A stretch of DNA of 64,000 nt from Nitrospirota bacterium. Its GTDB lineage: Bacteria; Nitrospirota; UBA9217. Shown piece after piece: positions 1 to 9,457 of the stretch. The notes under the pieces were generated by a model. It had not been told where the DNA came from and searched no databases. It was given only the letters and a program-made list of their open reading frames with translations. The position numbers were made by a program, and so were the translations under genes. The stretch is from positions 384,001-448,000 of the forward strand of contig CAVTRN010000001.1 in the NCBI GenBank assembly GCA_963737155.1, in the 5' to 3' direction. Position 1 is the stretch's first letter. Each line of letters opens with the position of its first letter.

Positions 1-239
1 TGAAGGGCCAGCGCTTTCGCCAGGGCTGTCTCATCGAGCATACCCTGCGAAACGAGGATATTACCGAGGGAGTCGCGGATGCCGTCGCTCGCAGCTTGGA
101 TCACCTGACCGTTCTTGAAAACGACCATGCCCGTGCCCTTGCGGCTTCGCACGACCAGTGTGCCTGTTTTCTTGCTCAAGCTGATAATCTGCAAGATATC
201 GGGTAAGGCGAGATCTTCCAGTCTGCCGACGAGGCTCAT
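1..239 (-). CDS. DUF4388 (PatA N-terminal-like) domain protein, truncated by window edge
   Basis: Manual translation from ATG at 239: MSLVGRLEDLALPDILQIISLSKKTGTLVVRSRKGTGMVVFKNGQVIQA, the typical DUF4388 pattern. This frame is absent from the ORF track. Confidence 0.75.
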   Translation of the reverse strand, partial: MSLVGRLEDLALPDILQIISLSKKTGTLVVRSRKGTGMVVFKNGQVIQAASDGIRDSLGNILVSQGMLDETALAKALAL

Positions 240-325
240 GCAATCTCCCGAATAAGCATAATCGCTGAAATTATATCAGTTTAGGTAAAAAATGTAAAAG
301 ATTAATTCATCAGTTAGGCCGAGTA

Positions 326-470
326 TGGGAGGAGCGGGTCGCCGCAAATCGGGCGGTGGAGACGCCACACACCGCATCGGGGGGGCTATTCGCAAAGCCG
401 GAAAATAAAGTGAGAGAAACCTGCCGCTAGTTGCGGAAACCGATGTTCCTGGTGTGTCGGCCCGGTCCCA
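326..470 (+). other. Structured intergenic element (candidate sRNA or small repeat)
   Basis: Nested pairings TGGGA/TCCCA, CGGGTCG/CGGCCCG, ACACACC/GGTGTGT and GCATCGG/CCGATGT, with G-T wobbles on the + strand. Confidence 0.35.
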
Positions 471-505
471 ACAATTCTCTCCGTGACCAGTTTAGGAGAG
501 GGATA

Positions 506-1003
506 TTATGCATTCCGGTAGTTGTCAAACTGAAGTTCGATGCTGAATTCCCGTCCTTTTAAAAGCTGGATCACGGCCTGAAGGTCGTCTCTGCTTTTTC
601 CCGACACACGGACCTGGTCTGCCTGAATGGATGCCTGAACCTTGATCTTGGAGTCTTTGATCGCTTTCACGATCTCCTTGGCCTTGTCGGTCGGGATCCC
701 CTGTTGCAGCGTGAGGCGCTGCCGCACTGTTCCGGCAAGGGCTGTTTCCACTTTGCCGTAGGATACGTTTTTGATCGGCACACCGCGTTTTACCAGCTTG
801 CTTTGGAGAATGTCGATAACACTCTTGAGCTTGAACTCGTCGTCGGACACGACTATGAGTGCGTCCTTCTCCTGAGTGATATTCGACTTGCTTCCCTTGA
901 AGTCGAACCGCTGGCCGATCTCCTTCATGGATTGAGCGACCGCATTCGTTACCTCAGCCATATCGATTTTTGAAACGATATCAAACGAATTTTCCGCAGC
1001 CAT
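506..1003 (-). CDS. yajQ: YajQ family nucleotide/c-di-GMP-binding protein
   Basis: SFDIVSKID...RFDFKGS...[22 protein letters not shown]...LQFDNYR; GGAGGT RBS before ATG 1003. Confidence 0.95.
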   Translation of the reverse strand: MAAENSFDIVSKIDMAEVTNAVAQSMKEIGQRFDFKGSKSNITQEKDALIVVSDDEFKLKSVIDILQSKLVKRGVPIKNVSYGKVETALAGTVRQRLTLQQGIPTDKAKEIVKAIKDSKIKVQASIQADQVRVSGKSRDDLQAVIQLLKGREFSIELQFDNYRNA

Positions 1004-1113
1004 AGATACCTCCTGGATAATCGGCATACATGGGACAGCATATACAAACGGGGAGTCGAAAACACTTTCTCATGCTTCCTTCTATTCCGGTATTCCGACT
1101 CCTGTCCTCTGTT

Positions 1114-1851
1114 TTACTGCTCTATCACTTCTGTCCCCTTCGGAGCTTTGAAGTTGAAGAGCTTGTCATCTATCGAAGCGCCGTCTTCTTCCTGTGCAAA
1201 TGCAATTTCAGTTATGTTCCCTGATTTGTCAAAGATCTTGAGACTCGTTATTCGGCCCTCCGCGTCGGAGACCATGCTCAGCTTCTTCATGGCTACTCCC
1301 GGTTTCTTTGGGAGGAGTTCAAGCGACCGGGGTGTTTTCGGGTCAGACTGGAGCACATCGAAATCATCATGTATATGCGCTGCACCAAGAAGAAATGCGA
1401 CAGGAATATTCATAAGCTGAAAATCCGTAAAGGTCTTTTTGATCACCTCTTCGCTCTTTTTTGAATAAAATAGGGCTTCTTTACCGTCGAGCAGGAGCAC
1501 CTGTCCGTTCGTATAATCGAGCCGGAGCTTCCCCGGTTTTTTGATCCAGAGCGTACCGTCATATTTCTGCGTCATACCCACGGCCTTGAGCCGGTTTGTC
1601 TGCAAAACCCTCGCGGTCAGCGTCTTTAGCTCGCCGTAGTGGTTCTCGACGGAGGTGACGACTTCCTGAACTGACTGGGCCTGTGCCGGCATCGCTACCG
1701 CGAATGCAGAAAAGGCTAGGGGAATAATGATCAGCAGCAAGTGGGCTCTTTTATTATCTATGAAAATAGACTTCAAGGGCATATCCTTTCTTGTTTTGAA
1801 CTGCACCCGACAGGGGCTCTTTGCCATCCTAATCATGGTCTTTCTTGACAT
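1114..1851 (-). CDS. lolA: Outer-membrane lipoprotein carrier LolA family
   Basis: Signal peptide, GTLWIKKPGKLRLDY motif and C-terminal LFNFKAPKGTEVI; true start probably later than the ORF start. Confidence 0.8.
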   Translation of the reverse strand: MSRKTMIRMAKSPCRVQFKTRKDMPLKSIFIDNKRAHLLLIIIPLAFSAFAVAMPAQAQSVQEVVTSVENHYGELKTLTARVLQTNRLKAVGMTQKYDGTLWIKKPGKLRLDYTNGQVLLLDGKEALFYSKKSEEVIKKTFTDFQLMNIPVAFLLGAAHIHDDFDVLQSDPKTPRSLELLPKKPGVAMKKLSMVSDAEGRITSLKIFDKSGNITEIAFAQEEDGASIDDKLFNFKAPKGTEVIEQ

Positions 1852-1897
1852 TATCGATAGCTCAGATTATCATGGACCAGTCTCGGAGTCAACTTGA

Positions 1898-3793
1898 ATG
1901 AGGGACCGCCCTCTCGGAATTAACAACCTATCAGCAAACGTTGTTCAACTGTCACTCATGAAACTGCGCTTCCCGATTACTGATCCCGAGATTCACCAGA
2001 GCCTACGCAAGGTCTTCGGTTTCGAATCATTCCGTCCAAATCAGGAAGCAATCATAAAAAACATCCTGGCAGGGAGAGATATCTTTGCAGTCATGCCCAC
2101 AGGCGGCGGGAAATCCCTCTGCTACCAGCTTCCCGCGCTTCTGAGAGAAGGCACAGCGGTCGTAATAAGCCCCCTGATATCCCTGATGAAAGACCAGGTC
2201 GACGCGGCCAGGGAAAACGGCGTTGCGGCCCTGTTCATGAACAGCTCGCTCGACCAACGAGAGATGGTGGATGCCTATCGCAAGCTTACGGCCGGATTGA
2301 TCAAGCTCCTCTATATCGCTCCGGAACGATTTGCCCTGCCTCAATTTCTTGATACCTTGAAGAGCATCCCCCTTTCACTTTTTGCCATCGACGAGGCGCA
2401 CTGCATATCAGAGTGGGGCCATGATTTTCGTCCTGATTACCTCGCCCTTTCGGCAATTCCCTCCCTGTTTCCTGAGATTCCCATTGCCGCATTCACGGCC
2501 ACGGCCACTGAAAAAGTCCAGATAGATATCATCGGGAAAATCGGCCTGAGGGATCCTCACATCGTGCGCGCTTCCTTCAACCGTCCGAACCTCTTCTATC
2601 AAGTTGATCCCAAGTCTGAAATCTATCAGCAGCTTCTGGAATTTCTCAAGGACCATGAGGAGGAGTCAGGAATCATTTACCGGACGACCCGGGACGCGGT
2701 CGACGCAACAGCGGCATTTCTCGAATCTCACGGCATAAAAGCGCTCCCCTATCACGCAGGCCTGTCTGCGAAAGAACGCGAGAAAAACCAGGAGGCATTC
2801 AACAAAGATGAAGCCCCCGTGATCGTGGCAACCATTGCCTTCGGTATGGGCATCGACAAATCGAACGTGCGGTTCGTGGTTCATGCCGACCTTCCCAAGC
2901 ACATCGAAGCCTATTACCAGGAAACCGGCAGGGCGGGACGAGACAACGAACCGGCGCATTGCCGACTTTACTTCAGCAGGGGTGATATCCCGAAGATCCG
3001 GTATTTCATCGACCGCATGCAGGATGATCATGAGCGCACCATAGCCCTTGAGAAGCTGAATCAGACGGTTCGATTCGCGTCTCACAACGTCTGCAGGAGA
3101 AAACAACTTCTTTTCTTTTTTGGAGAAGACTATGCAGCGGACAATTGCGGCTCGTGCGATGTATGCTCAGGCAACCGCGAGCAGGTCGATATCAGCACGG
3201 ATGCTCAAATTGTGATGTCGGCAATGGCGCGGACCGACGAACGGTTCGGCATCGGCCACATCATCGACATCGTTATCGGTGCGGACACCAAACGAATAAA
3301 AAAACTCGGTCATGACGGCATCAAGACCTACGGCGCCGGAAAACATCGGAACATGAACCACTGGCGTTTCATCGTCGATGAGTTGCTTGCGCAGGACCTC
3401 ATCAGGCATGACGGGGACCGGTATCCGGTCTTGAAATTCACCGCGAAGAGCGCTGCCGTGCTTACGGGATCTAGGCAAGTATTCGGGCTCAAGCGGGAAG
3501 AAAGAAAAACCGATGCGCGGAGAAAAAAGATTGCCGAATCCGGTAAATTCGACGTGGCGCTATTTGATAGGCTCCGCGCTGTCCGGAGAAGAATGGCCGG
3601 CGAGCATGGCGTGCCGCCTTACATCATTTTTTCTGACAAGACTCTTCACGAAATGAGCAGGCTCTTTCCCGCAACAGCTTCGGAAATGAGGAAGATTTCA
3701 GGAGTGGGAGACGTCAAACTGGAGCGGTACGGCGAGGCTTTTATGAATGAGATACGGTCCTACAAGAGCGCGGCCTCAGAGAACCGTAAATGA
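1898..3793 (+). CDS. recQ: ATP-dependent DNA helicase RecQ
   Basis: MPTGGGKSLCYQ, DEAHCISEWGHDFRP, QETGRAGRD, Zn-binding RQC region and C-terminal HRDC (VPPYIIFSDKTL). Confidence 0.97.
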   Translation: MRDRPLGINNLSANVVQLSLMKLRFPITDPEIHQSLRKVFGFESFRPNQEAIIKNILAGRDIFAVMPTGGGKSLCYQLPALLREGTAVVISPLISLMKDQVDAARENGVAALFMNSSLDQREMVDAYRKLTAGLIKLLYIAPERFALPQFLDTLKSIPLSLFAIDEAHCISEWGHDFRPDYLALSAIPSLFPEIPIAAFTATATEKVQIDIIGKIGLRDPHIVRASFNRPNLFYQVDPKSEIYQQLLEFLKDHEEESGIIYRTTRDAVDATAAFLESHGIKALPYHAGLSAKEREKNQEAFNKDEAPVIVATIAFGMGIDKSNVRFVVHADLPKHIEAYYQETGRAGRDNEPAHCRLYFSRGDIPKIRYFIDRMQDDHERTIALEKLNQTVRFASHNVCRRKQLLFFFGEDYAADNCGSCDVCSGNREQVDISTDAQIVMSAMARTDERFGIGHIIDIVIGADTKRIKKLGHDGIKTYGAGKHRNMNHWRFIVDELLAQDLIRHDGDRYPVLKFTAKSAAVLTGSRQVFGLKREERKTDARRKKIAESGKFDVALFDRLRAVRRRMAGEHGVPPYIIFSDKTLHEMSRLFPATASEMRKISGVGDVKLERYGEAFMNEIRSYKSAASENRK

Positions 3794-3823
3794 GAGTCCA
3801 ACTTGCGAATTGGCTGCTGCAAC

Positions 3824-4519
3824 TTACTTACATTGCCACAAAGTATATAACTTTTCCGGACTTCCCGCTTCGACCAGCACCAGAAAATCACCGTTTCCCT
3901 GCCTCGCAACAAGAACCCCATAATCCTTGAGATGCATTGCCAGCGCTTTTTTCGCGGCCGCGCGCCAGACCTCGTCCAGGAACTGCACCCGCACAATCCT
4001 CTCCTCGTCGAAGCGTCGCCGAATATCGCTTTGCAGCCGCACGATGTGCACATGAAGTTGATCCTGGGTTCGCAATCTTGCGGGATTAACGACAAGCGCA
4101 ATCGCGGCTTCATCGCCGATATGCTTCACCGCTTCGTTCCATCCGATACGCCATATTCCGTCAGGCCTTCGCGGGTCTTCAACCCCGGTGACTCGTGAAC
4201 GGGGAATCACGAGGCCGTGCACAAAGCCTTGAGGGCATCCGCACATTTTTCTGTCGCGGATTACGGCATACGCGGCTGTTTCTTCCCAGACTTCAATTGT
4301 TTCTTTGCATCCGCGGCCCTGCGCACAGGCACTCTCGAGTCGCGGCGAGGGGCACTTCCTGCAGTAATTCGGTGCGTTTATGTCGAGACAGTCCGTAACG
4401 ACGTTCAGGAGCGCGTCACGTGATTCCGCACATCCGGTATGTACTGAAACAAAGGTGCAGGCAACGAGCAGCAAGCACAGAAAAGCGGCGCGGGAGGAAC
4501 GTGGTCTAAGGTAGTGCAA
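3824..4519 (-). CDS. CDP-diacylglycerol diphosphatase (Cdh)-like HIT-fold protein, secreted/periplasmic
   Basis: RVTGVEDP and NPARLRTQDQLHVHI match Cdh family motifs; N-terminal hydrophobic signal. Confidence 0.6.
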   Translation of the reverse strand: MHYLRPRSSRAAFLCLLLVACTFVSVHTGCAESRDALLNVVTDCLDINAPNYCRKCPSPRLESACAQGRGCKETIEVWEETAAYAVIRDRKMCGCPQGFVHGLVIPRSRVTGVEDPRRPDGIWRIGWNEAVKHIGDEAAIALVVNPARLRTQDQLHVHIVRLQSDIRRRFDEERIVRVQFLDEVWRAAAKKALAMHLKDYGVLVARQGNGDFLVLVEAGSPEKLYTLWQCK

Positions 4520-4740
4520 AGCGAAGCCTCATCACAGCCGCAGCCCAGCCTCGGGCTATTTCGGACGTTCTTAGTCAGGCCGTACGACTGTGTTACCACC
4601 AGTCTTGATTTCTTTAAATCAGCCGGCAGGTTCTCCGGAGATAAATACGAGAAACCAGTGCGTCTCTGCCCGATAATTTTATTTTATGTGTTAAACCGCA
4701 TTCATCCGAAAATACAATTGCGTTGTCAGGATTGCAGGAT

Positions 4741-6948
4741 TTATTCATCCAGTCCCCTTGCAGTCCCATCCAAGTTTTTCCTGACAAGGACTTCCCGTGG
4801 CTTTGCTCCGTCCGCTGGCCCGACAATACCGTCTTCCTGCATCATCTCGATCATGCGTGCCGCGCGGTTATAGCCGACACGCAGCCTGCGTTGCAAGAAC
4901 GATGTGGAAGCCTGGCCGTTCAGCTGAACCAGTTCGACGGCGCGTGCGTAAAGCTCGTCTCTCTCGCTGTCCTCGACTTCTGCGACCTGCGCCTCGACCA
5001 CTTCCTTCACCCGCTGCTGCAGAAGCTCGTAGTTCGGCTTGCCCTGCTTTTTGATAAACTCGACAACGCGCTTGATTTCGGCCTCGGACACTAAACAGCC
5101 GTGTACGCGGACAAGGTGGGCCGACCCCGGGGGCAGAAAGAGCATGTCGCCCATGCCGAGAAGGTTCTCAGCGCCGTTCGCATCGAGAATTGTGCGCGAA
5201 TCAGTCTTGGATGAAACTTGGAAGGAGATCCTCGCTGGAAGGTTGGCTTTTATAAGGCCGGTGATCACATCCACGCTCGGCCGCTGCGTAGCGACTATGA
5301 GGTGAATCCCCGCCGCGCGCGCCATCTGGGCGAGGCGCATGATCGAATCCTCGACCTCGCGCTGCACCGTCATCATGAGGTCTGCGAGCTCGTCGATAAT
5401 AACGACGATGAAGGGGAGGCGCTCCGCCTCGGGCACGGTCTTATTGAAGGACTCAATGTTCTTCGACCCCTTTTCCGCAAGCTGGCGATACCTGCGCTCC
5501 ATCTCTGCGACCAGCGCCCGGAGAGTCTCGGCCGCCTTTTTGGGCTGGGTAACCACGGGCGAAAGAAGATGGGGAATGTCGTTATAGAGGGAAAGCTCGA
5601 GCATCTTGGGGTCCACCATTACAAACTTGACATCGTTCGGCCGCGCATTGTACAGGAGCGCAAGGATGATGGAGTTGATGGCAACGCTCTTGCCCGACCC
5701 TGTAGCACCCGCCACAAGGAGATGGGGCATCTTGTCTATGCTGTTCACCACTGATGCACCAAAAATGTCCTTACCGAGCGGAACTTTTAGCTTGGACTTA
5801 TGAGCTTGATACTCGGGCGATTCGATGATCTGGCGGAAATACACGGTCTCACGCGTGTTGTTCGGCACCTCGATGCCCACTGCTGCTTTCCCTGGCAGCG
5901 GCGCGACGATGCGAACGCTTCCAGCCTTCATAGCAAGGGCCAGGTCGTCTGCGAGATTCACGATCTTGCTCACCTTCACTCCTGGTGCGGGTTCGAATTC
6001 GAACATGGTTACCACCGGACCGGGATAGACCTGTGTGATGCGTCCCTCGATATCAAAGTCCTGAAGCTTACGCGCAAGCAGTTCGGACTGGGCGAGCATG
6101 TCTTCTTTCGATATTTTCTTAATCGTTGGCGGAACCGGGTCGAGGAGGTCAGGCGTTGGGAGCTGGTAGGCATTATTGCCACCTTTCCCGTCACCGGCGC
6201 CCACGAATTCGAAGCTCGACTGAATCGACTTGGCCGACTTTTCCGTTTTTATGTTTTTTGGTTCCAGCGCGACAGGCGGTTTCTGCTCCTCCACGATTTT
6301 TGGCGGCTCCTTGGATACGACCGGCCGCTGCTTAGCCTCCCGCGCCTTTTCCCGTCGTCCCTGGTAGATAGTGACGAGAATATCCAGATGTTCCGACAAC
6401 CGCGTGTACATCATCCGGAGCCATGCGAGCGCCTTGAGAGGAGAGAACGGTGTGAGCATCATGAGCGAAACAGTCATAGCAGTAATTGTGATAATATACG
6501 AGCCTGTGGCGGAAAAGCCCCGTATCAGCAGGTATGCGATGAGGCCGCCGAGCATGCCGCCCGAGGGAATGTTTTCTCCAAAAAGGCGGACCGTTTCTCC
6601 CTGGAGGCCGAAAAAGGACGCTGTTGAAAAGAAGAGAACGAGGCCACCGATCTTTTTCAGATAGGGATGGCGCGCTTCTCCACCGAGAATATAGAACAGC
6701 GCAAAACCCAGGAAGTAGAAAGCTATTAGATAGGTCGTCACACCAAAGAGACGGAGCAGTGCGTCCGAAAGGTAGGCACCGATAATGCCGATATAATTCT
6801 TAATTACTCTGTTGGCGCCAGTCACGCTGAAGCAGGGATCCGTCGCGTTGTAGGAAATCAGGCTCAGGATTATTAAAAGGCCTGCCGCTAGCAGGAGCAA
6901 CCCTACCATCTCGTTCCAGCGCTTATGTTTTGTTGCTGATACGGCCAT
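4741..6948 (-). CDS. ftsK: DNA translocase FtsK
   Basis: N-terminal TM domain, PHLLVAGATGSGKS, IDELADLMM, ATQRPSVDVITG and gamma domain QRRLRVGYNRAAR. Confidence 0.97.
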   Translation of the reverse strand: MAVSATKHKRWNEMVGLLLLAAGLLIILSLISYNATDPCFSVTGANRVIKNYIGIIGAYLSDALLRLFGVTTYLIAFYFLGFALFYILGGEARHPYLKKIGGLVLFFSTASFFGLQGETVRLFGENIPSGGMLGGLIAYLLIRGFSATGSYIITITAMTVSLMMLTPFSPLKALAWLRMMYTRLSEHLDILVTIYQGRREKAREAKQRPVVSKEPPKIVEEQKPPVALEPKNIKTEKSAKSIQSSFEFVGAGDGKGGNNAYQLPTPDLLDPVPPTIKKISKEDMLAQSELLARKLQDFDIEGRITQVYPGPVVTMFEFEPAPGVKVSKIVNLADDLALAMKAGSVRIVAPLPGKAAVGIEVPNNTRETVYFRQIIESPEYQAHKSKLKVPLGKDIFGASVVNSIDKMPHLLVAGATGSGKSVAINSIILALLYNARPNDVKFVMVDPKMLELSLYNDIPHLLSPVVTQPKKAAETLRALVAEMERRYRQLAEKGSKNIESFNKTVPEAERLPFIVVIIDELADLMMTVQREVEDSIMRLAQMARAAGIHLIVATQRPSVDVITGLIKANLPARISFQVSSKTDSRTILDANGAENLLGMGDMLFLPPGSAHLVRVHGCLVSEAEIKRVVEFIKKQGKPNYELLQQRVKEVVEAQVAEVEDSERDELYARAVELVQLNGQASTSFLQRRLRVGYNRAARMIEMMQEDGIVGPADGAKPREVLVRKNLDGTARGLDE

Positions 6949-7340
6949 AGTCTCCTGAACAGATCAAACCATCAGCTATATGAATCGTCTTCTTCGTTGC
7001 CCTTTGTTTCGCTCCGTCTTGCTACCGGATAAATCAGGGCAGTGCAAAAATCGCGGCGAGTCCCCGGCGATGCCTTGCAAAAAGGTTCAGCTAATGCCAG
7101 TTGGAATAAGTAGGCAATTTTTGTCCGCAGGATCTGGCCACCGCTGAAAACGCCACGCCATGATGAACTGGAGCGCCTCTCCCAGGGCTAAAATCGAATT
7201 TTGCCAGTTTTGCACCGGCTCCTCAATGGCGAGAGTGGACTTTAGGAAGGAGCGTCCAGCATCCTCGCGCAAAGGGAATCAATGTTCACCTCCAGTCTTG
7301 AATTTAAAACCGGGATGTTGAACATTTTTCTTAGCCGTAA

Positions 7341-7802
7341 TCACGCGCCGTACCCGAACCACACACCCGCGGCAACAGCGGTAAAACTTGCCGTCAGCAG
7401 CACCCAATGCATCGCGTTGACCGTCCTCAGCGCTTTGGTCATGTCTATCTTCTCCGGATCTGTGAAAATGCGGGCAAAGACCTTTTTCTCCGATAACAGC
7501 ACTGTGATGTAAAGCGCCCAAGCAAAGATCATGATCGCGATGCCGATACCTTTCATCTGGGCAAGAAAGGCGAAGCCGTATTTTGCATGCAGTAGTTAGA
7601 AGCCGGTGACACCCACGATTCCAAGAATCCACTTCACCATTGCCGAGAACTGGTGCTCCACGCCCTGGAACAGGAGCGCTCTTTCAAGCGACCCTTCGGT
7701 CCGGTACATCATCGGGAAAACGACTGTTGTCACGAAGGTAACGCCGCCGATCCAGATGATGATGCAGATGACATGGATAAAGAGAAGAATCGTCAGGAAC
7801 AC
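7341..7802 (-). pseudogene. Membrane protein (CopD/DUF4149-like) split by one in-frame TAA
   Basis: ORFs 7596-7802 and 7341-7556 share a frame: ...GIVGVTGF*LLHAKYGFAFLAQMKGIG... Confidence 0.7.
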
Positions 7803-7925
7803 CGCGTCTCCTTAGATAGGCGGAAGCGCTATGTAAATCGTGTGCATTATTTCACAAAGAATGGAGGAATTCAAGATGTTTTAAGATCTTCGTAACGGGA
7901 GGCTGCGCCGCAGGCGCATACGATC

Positions 7926-8951
7926 CTACACTCGCACCACAATTTTCCCGAAGAACTGTCTGCTCAGGAGCTTTTCATAGGCTTTTTGGACTTCCTCAAA
8001 GGCAAAGACCGCGTCGACAACAGGCCTGTGCCGCAGGGGCATAAGCTTGAGGTACTGAAGAATGGCGGCTTTCGGCCCCACATAGACACCGTGGATTCTG
8101 AGGTTCTTGCCAAAAACGTAGCGAAGACTCAGGGGGACCTCGTCTCCCGATGTTGCGCCGAAGGTCACCAGCGTTCCGCCCCGTTTCAGGCAAGAGAGAG
8201 ATTTGTTGAACGTGTCCACACCCACATGATCCACGGCGATATCGGCCAGTTCCCCGCCGGTGATACGCTTGACTGCCTCCACAAAATCCTCTTTCCGATG
8301 ATTGATGACGTAATCGGCACCGATCGCTTTTGCCTTTTCAATCTTCCAGTCGTCTCCCACCGTTGTTATGACATTCGCTTGAAACAGCTTCGCGACCTGG
8401 ATGAGCGCTGTGCCCACACCGCTTCCCGCCGCATGAATCAGCACCGTATCACCCTGGCTAATCTGCGCCCTCAGCACCAGGGAATTCCACGCCGTGGTGT
8501 GGGTAATGCCTAGGGTTGCTGCTTCCTCGAACGAGAGGCTGGCCGGCTTTTGAACGATATTCCTTGCCGGAACCTTCACGTATTCGGCGGACACCCCGTT
8601 CTCTATGACACCGAGAATGGAAAAGCCGCTGCACTCATTATCACGCCCACTGAGGCAACGTGCGCAGCGCCCACATGAAAGGCCGGGAAAAACGATGACA
8701 TTATCCCCTGGTTTGATATGGTCTACGCACGAACCGGTTCTTTCAACGACGCCCGCCGCATCGGAGCCGAAAATGTGCGGTAGTGATATCTCGACTGGAT
8801 ATTTTCCGTCCATGATCCAAAGGTCCAGATGGTTCAGGGAGAATGCCTCCACCCGGACAAGCACTTCGTTATCCTTTATCACGGGAACGGGCAGTTCACC
8901 CGCCGTAATTCCCCGGTAACCATGCAGTTCATTATAATAAAGTGCTTTCAT
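7926..8951 (-). CDS. Zinc-binding MDR-family oxidoreductase
   Basis: PHIFGSDAAG, structural Zn motif CGRCARC...C and AAGSGVG nucleotide-binding motif. Confidence 0.9.
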   Translation of the reverse strand: MKALYYNELHGYRGITAGELPVPVIKDNEVLVRVEAFSLNHLDLWIMDGKYPVEISLPHIFGSDAAGVVERTGSCVDHIKPGDNVIVFPGLSCGRCARCLSGRDNECSGFSILGVIENGVSAEYVKVPARNIVQKPASLSFEEAATLGITHTTAWNSLVLRAQISQGDTVLIHAAGSGVGTALIQVAKLFQANVITTVGDDWKIEKAKAIGADYVINHRKEDFVEAVKRITGGELADIAVDHVGVDTFNKSLSCLKRGGTLVTFGATSGDEVPLSLRYVFGKNLRIHGVYVGPKAAILQYLKLMPLRHRPVVDAVFAFEEVQKAYEKLLSRQFFGKIVVRV

Positions 8952-9457
8952 GTTTTGGCCTCTTTATTTCAGTATATCCTCTTGAGGAAGGGATTGTCAA
9001 TGCAGGCTGAAAGCATTAGATTGGTTTAAACGGCTAGACAGGAGAATGGTGAAAAGGACTCATGTTTTTATGAACTCTTCCGCCTTTAAATCGCGCGCGA
9101 TTATCGTGGGGGTTCAAGGTTCTTGGCGGCTGCGGTCCGAAGGCATTCACCCCCCGCTCGGCTTACTAGCCCCTGTGCGTTACTTCGACCGGTTCCCTGA
9201 CAAGTTGTTTCTTGTTCTTTAACAGATCGCAAAGAAAACGCAGACATCGACTCAAAATCTGAAAACCATAATCGAAGACCTGAAAGGCTTGCCGAAAAAG
9301 CTGAAAACGACGCTCGATGAATTCAAGATGTAATAGGATGCTTTAAGTGACCCTTTTTCGTCAATGACAGATCGTACCCGAAGAACGCTGCCAGAAAAAA
9401 CAACAGCGCTGCGGCATGAAATCATTTGTTCCATGATCCCAACCCCCTGCTGCCCAA

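Noticed and set aside
9100-9210. Riboswitch, 6S RNA or tmRNA upstream of the MDR gene
   Set aside because: Only isolated words (AGGGAA, CTTGAACC) match; I could not build the conserved cores.
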